64,000 nt of DNA, from contig DKYK01000038.1 of NCBI GenBank assembly GCA_002492415.1, positions 47,028-111,027 on the forward strand, given 5' to 3'. Numbering within the stretch: the first letter of the stretch is position 1; every line of letters starts with the position of its first letter. This DNA comes from Christensenella sp. UBA7102. GTDB lineage: Bacteria; Bacillota; Clostridia; Christensenellales; UBA1750. Shown here in pieces: positions 1 through 7,688 of this stretch. The position numbers and the translations under genes are program-made. The notes below the pieces were generated by a model, which was given only the letters and a program-made list of their open reading frames with translations, searched no databases and was not told where the DNA came from.

Positions 1-1
1 C

Positions 2-1015
2 GGCGCTTTGTACTCCAAGTCCATCACGGACAAAAACGGAGACGTGGTAGAGGATGTCGCCCTGGGCAGCGGGACGCTGGCCGTGACGGACGTTTTTACC
101 CTTGACGAACAAGACGTGACTGCGCCCCGTCCCGTAGACGAAGCTGCCCTGCTGGAAGAACTGAGGCCCTTCGGCATTGGCGGCGACGCAGACCAGATGA
201 CATACAAGGGTCAACCTGTCCGGTGCTTTGTGGATGGCGTTCCCGTGGGAGACAGTGGATATTCCATTCAATACGTCTACAGAAATCCGGACGGCGCAGT
301 GGATGTCCACACCCTGCGCTCTGTCCTTCGCCATCCGGACGGCTTCTATGACCCCATGGGAGAATTGATCGGCGTGGCTGTGGAGGGAGATGAGAACTTT
401 GACTGGGATCTGCTGGACAGCGTCCTGTCCTCCGGCGGCCTGACGCAGGCCGAGACGGAAATAACGGACGTCGAGGCGGGCGCGGGCGCACTGCTGGAAC
501 GATACGTGCCCTTTGGTCTGAATTATGAAATCATAACAAAACAAGGCGAGCCGCAGCTATGCATGCGCTGGAGGGAAAAACAGGTGCATAGCCTGTACGA
601 TACCCAGACCGAAATGTGGTTCGCCAACAATTTGCACGGCACAGAGCTGGACAATGGCGCGGTGGATCTGGAGACAGTTTACCGCGGCGGACAGCTGTGC
701 GGCTTGCAGGAGAGCCAGCCACCCCATGAAGTACTTCACGGAGTAGAAGCCGCCGCTGTGTCTGGCAGCGGTACGAAGGACGGGCAAACCTTTGAGGAAA
801 TCTTCGCACAGTACCAGCCCTATGGCCTGGTCTACTCCCCCAGGGAGAGCGGCATGGGCAGTCTCACCTGGAACGGCCGGGCCGTGCGGTCCTTTGCGGA
901 TTTGAAGCCGGATGGCGGCGCGTTCAGCTATCAGGACCCTGTTGCACAGAGTGGACTGCGGGTATATACGCAGTACGACGCTGATGGCAATCTGACCGGC
1001 CTTCGCGCAGAGTAA
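2..1015 (+). CDS. hypothetical protein, C-terminal part (5' end runs off the window), with three internal ~100-aa repeats
   Basis: The frame is open from base 2; the track starts at an alternative start at base 8. The product has three copies of a module: Y/R-x-P-[FY]-G-[IL], then G-x-x-V-[RH]-x-[FL]-x-D, then D-G-x-L-x-G-[LV] (RPFGIGG.., VPFGLNY.., QPYGLVY..). A strong hairpin follows at 1044-1084. Confidence 0.6.
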   Translation, partial: GALYSKSITDKNGDVVEDVALGSGTLAVTDVFTLDEQDVTAPRPVDEAALLEELRPFGIGGDADQMTYKGQPVRCFVDGVPVGDSGYSIQYVYRNPDGAVDVHTLRSVLRHPDGFYDPMGELIGVAVEGDENFDWDLLDSVLSSGGLTQAETEITDVEAGAGALLERYVPFGLNYEIITKQGEPQLCMRWREKQVHSLYDTQTEMWFANNLHGTELDNGAVDLETVYRGGQLCGLQESQPPHEVLHGVEAAAVSGSGTKDGQTFEEIFAQYQPYGLVYSPRESGMGSLTWNGRAVRSFADLKPDGGAFSYQDPVAQSGLRVYTQYDADGNLTGLRAE

Positions 1016-1043
1016 TGACGCGTTTTTTCACCCGCCTTACAAA

Positions 1044-1084
1044 AGCGCGCTATCAGCGTGGTTGCTGATGGCGCGCTTTTGCTT
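1044..1084 (+). terminator. rho-independent terminator
   Basis: A 14-bp stem (AGCGCGCTATCAGC / GCTGATGGCGCGCT, one G-U pair) is followed by TTTT. Confidence 0.7.
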
Positions 1085-1125
1085 GTTCGCAGCGCAGCCG
1101 CCTTTACTTAAAAATAAACTCGCGT

Positions 1126-1154
1126 TTGCACAGACCCCTTCTTCATGGTATACT
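1126..1154 (+). promoter_or_regulatory. SigA-type promoter, TTGCAC-17-TATACT
   Basis: The hexamers and the 17-nt spacer were read directly. It lies upstream of the small ORF and the CD3324-family gene. Confidence 0.5.
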
Positions 1155-1189
1155 GGCGTTAATCATTGCTGTGAAAGGGAGGTTTTCGT

Positions 1190-1312
1190 ATGGCCATTGG
1201 CAAGTTTTTTGATAGAAATCACTTCAAATATCCTTCTGCGCTCCGGGCGATGCAGCACATTGAAGGCCGCAGGGACAATCACGCATCGGAGCCGCACTGC
1301 TTTCCGCAGTAG
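1190..1312 (+). CDS. candidate 40-aa small ORF or leader peptide (MAIGKFFDRNHFKYPSALRAMQHIEGRRDNHASEPHCFPQ)
   Basis: Not in the ORF track because it is under 60 aa. The ATG at 1190 lies 7 nt after AAGGGAGG (1175-1182) and downstream of a TTGCAC-17-TATACT promoter (1126-1154). The stop TAG is at 1310-1312. I recognise no family, and third-position G+C is lower than in neighbouring genes. Confidence 0.3.
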   Translation: MAIGKFFDRNHFKYPSALRAMQHIEGRRDNHASEPHCFPQ

Positions 1313-1385
1313 AAATTGCCCCCGGCGCTTCCCGCATCGCCCCGCTCTTCATCCTCAAATCCATGAAGTGGGAGATGCAACGACC

Positions 1386-1646
1386 ATGTCATACCGAAAC
1401 GCGAAGGATCTGCTTCCGCCCGAGCTGTACGCGCGCGTACATGCCATTGTGGGCGAGGGGCTGATCTATTTCCCTGCGCGCGGTCGCAAGCCCTGGGGCG
1501 AAAACACGGGCGCGCGCGCCGAACTACACGCGCGCAACGCCAACATACGGGCTGAGGCCGCGCAGGGCGCCAGTTTGGAGGCGCTTTCCCGCCGCTATCA
1601 TCTGGCCCCGTCCACGCTGCGCCACATTCTGCGCAGAAAACGCTGA
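1386..1646 (+). CDS. CD3324-family small HTH protein (Mor-like)
   Basis: The 86-aa product is MSYRNAKDLLPPELYARVHAIVGEGLIYFPARGRKPWGENTGARAELHARNANIR...LSRRYHLAPSTLRHILRRKR. It fits my recollection of the clostridial CD3324 family (IY-x-P...WGE..G.R.EL..RN plus a C-terminal HTH). The first 108 codons of track ORF 1062-1646 do not look coding. Confidence 0.6.
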   Translation: MSYRNAKDLLPPELYARVHAIVGEGLIYFPARGRKPWGENTGARAELHARNANIRAEAAQGASLEALSRRYHLAPSTLRHILRRKR

Positions 1647-1684
1647 AAAACGCGGCGATGCCGCATCCATCAGGAGGAATCATC

Positions 1685-2089
1685 ATGGACATTCGCATCG
1701 CCGAGGTGAGCGACCTGCGGGCGCTGCTGGCGCACGACCGCCACATCTGCCGCGCGCAGCTGGAGCGCAAGATTGCGGACCAACAGGTGCTCGTGCTGCT
1801 GGACGGCGAGATCTTTGCCGGCTGGCTGCGTTGGGGGATGTTCTGGGACGAGCACCCGTTTATGAATCTGCTCTATCTGCTGGAACCCTGGCGGGGCCGG
1901 GGGTTTGGCCGCCTGCTGGTGACGGATTGGGAGCGCCGCATGAAGGCGGCGGGCCACGGCCTGGTGATGACCTCCACGCAGGCCAATGAGTGCGCGCAGT
2001 TTTTCTATCGTCGCCTGGGCTATGTGGACGCCGGTTCCTTCTCGCTGCCCGGCGATCCGCTCGAGCTTATTCTGTCCAAAGCGCTGTAA
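1685..2089 (+). CDS. GNAT family N-acetyltransferase
   Basis: The start MDIRIAEV is preceded by AGGAGG. The acetyl-CoA motif region is PWRGRGFGRLLV, with a YRRLGY tail. A hairpin terminator lies downstream. Confidence 0.8.
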   Translation: MDIRIAEVSDLRALLAHDRHICRAQLERKIADQQVLVLLDGEIFAGWLRWGMFWDEHPFMNLLYLLEPWRGRGFGRLLVTDWERRMKAAGHGLVMTSTQANECAQFFYRRLGYVDAGSFSLPGDPLELILSKAL

Positions 2090-2105
2090 ACGTCCAAAAA
2101 CACAA

Positions 2106-2147
2106 GGGCCGTCTTCCTTGCTCAAGGGAAGGCGGCTTTGTGTTCGA
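2106..2147 (+). terminator. rho-independent terminator (possibly bidirectional)
   Basis: A 10-bp stem (GCCGTCTTCC / GGAAGGCGGC) is flanked by an A-run and a T-rich tail. Confidence 0.6.
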
Positions 2148-2410
2148 ATATAAGGAAGCAGGCGAAAAGATTGGAATGGAGAGGAGGAGTCATTCGTAAA
2201 TGAAATTACGCATGTGTTTTGTTTGGATGGATTGCCTGCCGGGGTTGTCTGTAGCGATCAGAGGGTTTTTCTTCTCCCCTGTCGATGGTATTATCATAGC
2301 ACGGAATTATGTTCAAATCATGGCCCAAGAATAAACGTTTTATGAACAGCATTGCTTTTATCGGCGCATTTTGACGGCTTCCTTCAGCAGCAGCGGCATG
2401 CCGGAAAAAT

Positions 2411-2602
2411 TCAGGGGTGCTGCTCCCGCATTCTTTTCTTTGCCTCTTCTATGGTTTCTCCATCCCGGGTCAGATAGCGATTCACAAACGCGTTCTCTAT
2501 TTTTGTGTACCTCTGCACAACTGTATTTTCGACTTTCTCATAGGTTTCAGCCACCTTTTCCGCAATTTTGTCGTTCGCCTTTGCGAATTTGGATTTTGCC
2601 AT
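2411..2602 (-). CDS. small hydrophilic hypothetical protein (63 aa)
   Basis: The product MAKSKFAKANDKIAEKVAETYEKVENTVVQRYTKIENAFVNRYL.. is helical and charged. It lies 31 nt downstream of the membrane-protein gene on the same strand, and the pair is divergent from a TetR gene. Confidence 0.55.
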   Translation of the reverse strand: MAKSKFAKANDKIAEKVAETYEKVENTVVQRYTKIENAFVNRYLTRDGETIEEAKKRMREQHP

Positions 2603-2633
2603 GGTATCGCTCCTTTCGTTTCCCGTCCGCCGC

Positions 2634-3005
2634 TCACTTCTTAATTCCCTTTATCAGGGGAACCAGACACAGCAGGATGACGATGCCCACAAGGCCGACC
2701 ACGATCCCTGCGGCCATCTTGCCCCAGACCATGCTCAGGCACATTCCAACGCCTAGCGCCAATGCGCCGACGATACCGACCACCACCGCAAGCATTGTTT
2801 TTGCGGAAAAGCGGATCGGCGCCTTGTGCTCCATTCTTCTCCACGCAACTAGCGTGATCAGCCCGAGGACCAGCCCGATGCAACCCAAAGCAATTCCCGG
2901 CCGGAATGCATCCCACTCGGGCAGCAGCGCCATGCACATGCCGAGCGCAAACAACACCCCGCTGACCGTCCCCAACACCAATGCTACCAAACTGCTCTTT
3001 TTCAT
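2634..3005 (-). CDS. small integral membrane protein (about 4 TM, 123 aa)
   Basis: I use the internal start MKKSSLVALVLG (ATG at 3003-3005). Four hydrophobic segments follow. The 90 upstream codons of track ORF 2634-3275 look non-coding. Confidence 0.65.
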   Translation of the reverse strand: MKKSSLVALVLGTVSGVLFALGMCMALLPEWDAFRPGIALGCIGLVLGLITLVAWRRMEHKAPIRFSAKTMLAVVVGIVGALALGVGMCLSMVWGKMAAGIVVGLVGIVILLCLVPLIKGIKK

Positions 3006-3135
3006 TTGAATTTTCCTCCTCGCATAATTAAAACAACAGTTGTTGTTTCTGCGTAGTTTCCAGTATAATGAACGCGGGTTGGAAACACAATCACCAATCT
3101 TTATACAACTGTTGGAATAATGAAAGGCGGCCTGC

Positions 3136-3660
3136 ATGAACACGAAGAACAACCGAAGGCGGCGGGAATCCGTCGAGCGGATAGAGAAAGTTTTTACTGA
3201 AATGCTCCAGACAAAAGAGCTGCGCGAAATCACGGTTTCGGACGTCTGCAAGCGGTGCGGGCTGAACCGCAGCACCTTTTACGCGAATTTTGCCGATATT
3301 TACGAGCTGGCAGATGCGTTGCGGCGGCATCTGGAGGAGGAGGTGAGCCAGCTTTACGAAGCGGAGCGGACGCAGCAATTCAACAGCAACGACTATCTGC
3401 GCCTGTTTCGCCACATGAAGGAAAACCAGGTGCTCTACCGCACCTATTTCAAGCTCGGGTATGACAATCAGTTCCAGGTCCAGAACTACGATCTTCACCA
3501 GGCCAGACGGTACTTTTCCGGTCAGCACATCGAATACCACATAGAATTTTTCCGGAACGGCTTCAATGCCATTGTCAAAATGTGGCTGGCGGGAGGCTGC
3601 AGGGAAACGCCGGAAGAAATGGAGGAGATCATCCGGCGCGAGTATCAGGACCGCGACTGA
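3136..3660 (+). CDS. TetR/AcrR family transcriptional regulator
   Basis: The N-terminal HTH (ITVSDVCKRCGLNRSTFYANFADIYEL) is typical of TetR. The gene is divergent from two small genes. Confidence 0.9.
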   Translation: MNTKNNRRRRESVERIEKVFTEMLQTKELREITVSDVCKRCGLNRSTFYANFADIYELADALRRHLEEEVSQLYEAERTQQFNSNDYLRLFRHMKENQVLYRTYFKLGYDNQFQVQNYDLHQARRYFSGQHIEYHIEFFRNGFNAIVKMWLAGGCRETPEEMEEIIRREYQDRD

Positions 3661-3804
3661 CGCGCAGCCAGGAGCGCCCGGGCGGCTTCATCCGTGCCGC
3701 TTCAACGGTTTGCGCCTTTTTTCAGTTGAAAACACGCACTCTGCATGCTATACTGACAAAGCAACTCTTTTAGCCATTTCCGGTCCATCGAGGAGGTCCC
3801 CGGC

Positions 3805-5169
3805 ATGTCCGATACCCGTTTTCTATCCAAAGCTTTTCTCAAGAGCGCGTTTGCCATTGCGGTCCCCATCTCGCTGCAGAACTTCATCACCTCCGCCGTC
3901 AATATGATCGACGTGGTCATGCTGGGGCATTTGGGCGATGTGGACATTGCGGCGGTAGGCTGCGCCAATCAGGTCTATTTTCTGCTGACCATTATACTCT
4001 TTGGCGTAAGTTCCGGCGCGGCGGTATTCATCGCGCAGTTCTGGGGCAAGCGCGACCTGCCCGGCGTGCACCGCACCATGGGCGTGATGACGCTGCTGGC
4101 CCTGGGGGTGTCGCTGCTATTCACGGCGGGCGCACTCTTCTTCCCCGAGGCGCTGCTCTCCATTTATTCGCGCGATCCCGCAGTTGTTGCGGCGGGCGCG
4201 CCATACCTGCGCATCGTGGGCTCGAGCTACATCGTCACCGCGCTGTCGCTGGCAATGAGCTCTGCCTGCCGCTCCACGGGCGACGTGCGCCTGCCCATGA
4301 TGACCAGCCTGCTCTCAGTGTTTGTCAACACCGCCCTCAACTTCGTGCTGATCTTCGGCCTGCTGGGCTTCCCGGCGATGGGCTTGACGGGCGCCGCCGT
4401 CGCGACGGCCATCGCCCGCATCATCGAGTTTGTCGTGCTCTACCTTCTGGTCTACAGCAAAAAGCTGCCCGTCGCCGCGACGCCGCGTCAGCTCTTTTCC
4501 CGGCTGGACGGTGCGTTCCTGCGCACGTACTTCAAGACCACGCTGCCTGTTCTGCTCAACGAGACGCTCTGGTCGGTAGGCGTATCGCTGTACACGGTGG
4601 CCTATGGGCTGCTGGGCACCAACGCGCTGGCCTCTGTGCAGATCTGCTCCACGGTGTTCAACCTCTTTATGGTGCTGGTGCGCGGCGTATCCAACGCCTG
4701 TGCCATCATGATTGGCCAGACCATCGGCTCGGGCGACGAAAAGGGCGCGCTGCGCGACGGCCTGCGCTTTCTCGTCCTTGTGCCCGCCATCGGCGCGGCA
4801 ATGTGCGCGCTGCTCATCGCCTGCCGGCCGGCAGTCCTCACCCTCTTTACTGTCACCCCCGAAACCCGTTCCCTCACTATGGAGCTGATGCTGCTGCAGG
4901 CCTTTAATATCATCCCCAAGTCCTTCAGCATGGTCATTATCGTGGGCCTGTGCCGCAGCGGCGGCGACACGCTCTTTGCTTGCGTGCTGGATACCGCCAC
5001 CGTCTGGCTCGTCGCCGTTCCCCTCGCCTTTCTCGGCGCGCATCTGGGCTTTCCCCTCTGGGCGGTCTACCTGTGCGTCTGCTCGGAGGACCTGGTCAAG
5101 GCCATCATCGGCATTCCCCGCATCTTCTCCAAAAAGTGGCTGCATAACCTCGTGCAGGACATCGGCTGA
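3805..5169 (+). CDS. MATE family efflux transporter
   Basis: 454 aa with about 12 TM segments. The N-terminus (AIAVPISLQNFITSAVNMIDVVMLGHLG) is typical of MATE. GGAGG precedes the ATG. Confidence 0.9.
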   Translation: MSDTRFLSKAFLKSAFAIAVPISLQNFITSAVNMIDVVMLGHLGDVDIAAVGCANQVYFLLTIILFGVSSGAAVFIAQFWGKRDLPGVHRTMGVMTLLALGVSLLFTAGALFFPEALLSIYSRDPAVVAAGAPYLRIVGSSYIVTALSLAMSSACRSTGDVRLPMMTSLLSVFVNTALNFVLIFGLLGFPAMGLTGAAVATAIARIIEFVVLYLLVYSKKLPVAATPRQLFSRLDGAFLRTYFKTTLPVLLNETLWSVGVSLYTVAYGLLGTNALASVQICSTVFNLFMVLVRGVSNACAIMIGQTIGSGDEKGALRDGLRFLVLVPAIGAAMCALLIACRPAVLTLFTVTPETRSLTMELMLLQAFNIIPKSFSMVIIVGLCRSGGDTLFACVLDTATVWLVAVPLAFLGAHLGFPLWAVYLCVCSEDLVKAIIGIPRIFSKKWLHNLVQDIG

Positions 5170-5268
5170 CCTTTCCGAGCCCTCTTTCCGCAAACGGTTC
5201 TTGGAAGGGTTCAGATAGGCCAATCCGTTTCAGGGTATCGAGCCGACTCATTCATTGACCCGCTCACA

Positions 5269-5300
5269 GGCGGCAGGGATTTCTCCCTGCCGCTTTGATT
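5269..5300 (+). terminator. rho-independent terminator after the MATE gene
   Basis: A 10-bp stem (GCGGCAGGGA / TCCCTGCCGC) with a 4-nt loop is followed by TTTGATT. Confidence 0.7.
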
Positions 5301-5351
5301 GTCTCCATTTGACCGTTTACCGCCAATCTTCTACCGCCCGTCGAAATTCCA

Positions 5352-5380
5352 TTGAATGCGCGAGCCAGTTTTCATATAAT
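5352..5380 (+). promoter_or_regulatory. SigA-type promoter, TTGAAT-17-TATAAT, for the LytTR/DUF3021 pair
   Basis: The -10 is perfect and the -35 matches 5 of 6. It lies 25 nt upstream of the ATG at 5405. Confidence 0.55.
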
Positions 5381-5404
5381 GGCTTTGTGGGAGGGGGAAG
5401 CAGT

Positions 5405-5845
5405 ATGCGCGTTGAGATCAGGATGGATCGTTCTTGCGTTGAGCCGAAAATCATCATATTGACTGCCGCAATAACCGAGGATGTCCAGCGGATAATAGAA
5501 AAACTATCCAAGGAGGTCCCGCAGGTTATTTCTGGCAGCAAAGATAGAAAAATTGAAGTGATCGAACCGGAAGATTTGGTTCGAGTTTACGCGCATGCAG
5601 GAAAGGTGTATGCCGCCACGGACAAGGGCGAATACACTCTCCGTCTTAGGCTGTACGAAATGGAAGAGCGGTTAAACTCCAACCAATTCGTCCGCATATC
5701 CAACTCCGAGATCATCAACTTGAAAAAGGTCAGGAATTTCGATTTGAACTTTACCGGCACGATCTGCGTCGAGTTGGCCAACGGTACGACAACTTACGTT
5801 TCCAGGCGGTACGTTTCAAAAATCAAAGCGATTTTGGGGATATGA
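5405..5845 (+). CDS. LytTR-domain DNA-binding protein without a receiver domain
   Basis: The C-terminal LytTR signature is FVRISNSEIINLKKV...YVSRRY. The start at 5405 follows GGGAGGGGG and a TTGAAT-17-TATAAT promoter. Confidence 0.85.
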   Translation: MRVEIRMDRSCVEPKIIILTAAITEDVQRIIEKLSKEVPQVISGSKDRKIEVIEPEDLVRVYAHAGKVYAATDKGEYTLRLRLYEMEERLNSNQFVRISNSEIINLKKVRNFDLNFTGTICVELANGTTTYVSRRYVSKIKAILGI

Positions 5846-5856
5846 GAGGTGAGATT

Positions 5857-6327
5857 ATGAAAAAAAAGATCATTTTGCGCAGCCTTTTGGGGTTTCCGCT
5901 CGGCTTGGCGCTGGGATACGCGATTACGATTCTTCTTTCCCTCCTGCAGGCAAACGGAACCTACTTCCCGTGCGCGCCCGAGCTGACCCTCGCGTTGGGG
6001 AGCGAGATCAACGCCGTTTTGCTGCAGGCGCTTCTGTGCGGAATACTGGGCTCCGGCTTTGCCGCCGCATCCGTCATATGGGAAATGGAGGATTGGGGAC
6101 TCGTCCGGCAGACTGGCGTCTATTTCCTGTTCATTTCCGTATTCATGATGCCGATCGCATACGTCGCGCACTGGATGGAGCACAGCGTAAAGGGTGTTCT
6201 GGTTTACTTTGGATTATTCTTTGTCATCTTTGTTGCAATATGGATCGTGCAGTACGGGATCGCTGTGCGCAACGTGAAAAAGCTAAATGAGACTCTGCAC
6301 CGGAAACAGCGCGATCCATGCAAGTAA
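5857..6327 (+). CDS. DUF3021-like membrane protein, probable partner of the LytTR regulator
   Basis: About 4 TM segments. MKKKIILRSLLGFPLG follows AGGTGAG. An alternative ATG at 5842 overlaps the upstream stop (ATGA). Confidence 0.75.
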   Translation: MKKKIILRSLLGFPLGLALGYAITILLSLLQANGTYFPCAPELTLALGSEINAVLLQALLCGILGSGFAAASVIWEMEDWGLVRQTGVYFLFISVFMMPIAYVAHWMEHSVKGVLVYFGLFFVIFVAIWIVQYGIAVRNVKKLNETLHRKQRDPCK

Positions 6328-6366
6328 AGCCAGACCACATCCGTTCCGCCCGCCCATAATGAACCA

Positions 6367-6410
6367 ACGCCCGCCGAATAGCAGCTGCTTTCCGGCGGGC
6401 GTCCGCTTTC
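6367..6410. terminator. hairpin between convergent genes
   Basis: A 10-bp stem (ACGCCCGCCG / CGGCGGGCGT). The T-tracts are weak. Confidence 0.5.
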
Positions 6411-6427
6411 CTGTGGAGAACTTTCCA

Positions 6428-7663
6428 TCAGGCTTTCTTTTCTTTCTCTCTTACAAACAATGTGCTGACAAACAGCGTCACGGGGAACACCGTCCCCAGC
6501 AGCAGTCCGGCCTTGAGCCCCAGCTGCTCCGCCGACATCCCCGTCTGTGCGGCGAACTGCGCAAGCTGCGGCGCGGCCTGCACGCCGTCGGAGACCATAC
6601 CTGCCAGCCACGGCCCCACCGAGCAACCCAGATCGCCCATCACGGCCAGCACGGCAAACAGCGCCGTGCCCGCCATCGGAAACCGCGCCGCCGACATGGA
6701 CAGCGCGCCCGGCCACATGATGGAGACCGAGAAGCCGCACACCGCGCAGCCCGCCAGCGCCGCCACAGGATTCCCCGAAAGCGCCGCCGTCAGGTAACAC
6801 GCAACGCACAGCAATCCGCAGCCTATCAAGCTCCGTTTCAACGGCAGACGGCTGCCCATTTTGCCATATAGCAGCCGTCCGCAGCCCATCAGCACCGCAA
6901 ACATGCACGGCCCAGCCAGATCGCCCACTACCTTGCTGACGCCCAGCGCGCGCTCTGCAAACGTGGAGGCCCATTGGCTCATCACCAGCTCGCTCGCCCC
7001 CGCGCAGACCATGATGAGCATCGCCACCAGGAACGCGGGCGTGCGCAGCAGCGCGCCCAGCCGCATGCCTCCGCCCTCGCCGCCCACCACTGGGGCAAAG
7101 GGCGCGCGCACGAACAGCGCCGCCGCGCCCACCGGCACGATCACCCAGCACAGCGGCAGCACCTGCCACGCGCTGCGCCCGATCACAAACAGCAACAGCG
7201 TCGAACCCAGCACCGTGGCCACCTGCCCCCAGCAGTAGAAAGAGTGCAGCATACTCATCGCCGCAGCCTTTTCATCTCCGGGCATGGCCTCGATGGTGGG
7301 ACTGACCAGCACCTCGACAAGCCCGCCGCCCACCGCCATCAGGATTACCGCGATGGATAGCCCAATATAGGGCGGCAGCAACGCAGGCAGCGCCGAAAGC
7401 AGTACCAGCCCCAACGCAATGCAAATCTGCCCGCCGATCAGACAGGCGCGGTAGCCGAATTTCTCCGCCAGCTTGATGGAGATCATATCCACGCAAAGCT
7501 GGGTGAAAAAATTCATCAAAATCAATCGCCCCAGCATCTCGTAAGAGATTCCGTACTGCTGTTGAAACACCACAAACAGCAGCGCAGGCAGGTTATTCTG
7601 TATCGCCTGCGCAATAATGGCCCCGTAGCAGGCCAGCTTGGTCGTCCGGTAAGTCGGTCTCAT
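6428..7663 (-). CDS. MFS transporter
   Basis: About 12 TM segments. I prefer the start MRPTYRTTKLACYG (ATG 7661-7663), which follows GGGAGCAGAGGG. The track start at 7681 has no SD. This is the last gene of a three-gene minus-strand operon. Confidence 0.85.
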   Translation of the reverse strand: MRPTYRTTKLACYGAIIAQAIQNNLPALLFVVFQQQYGISYEMLGRLILMNFFTQLCVDMISIKLAEKFGYRACLIGGQICIALGLVLLSALPALLPPYIGLSIAVILMAVGGGLVEVLVSPTIEAMPGDEKAAAMSMLHSFYCWGQVATVLGSTLLLFVIGRSAWQVLPLCWVIVPVGAAALFVRAPFAPVVGGEGGGMRLGALLRTPAFLVAMLIMVCAGASELVMSQWASTFAERALGVSKVVGDLAGPCMFAVLMGCGRLLYGKMGSRLPLKRSLIGCGLLCVACYLTAALSGNPVAALAGCAVCGFSVSIMWPGALSMSAARFPMAGTALFAVLAVMGDLGCSVGPWLAGMVSDGVQAAPQLAQFAAQTGMSAEQLGLKAGLLLGTVFPVTLFVSTLFVREKEKKA

Positions 7664-7688
7664 ACGCCCTCTGCTCCCCATCTGTATT

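Noticed and set aside
2200-2334. 44-codon ORF (MKLRMCFVWMDCLPG...) after a GAGGAGGAG sequence
   Set aside because: The spacing between the SD-like element and the ATG is long (about 11-12 nt). There is no promoter, and the frame lies in the tail of a bidirectional terminator region. The support is insufficient.
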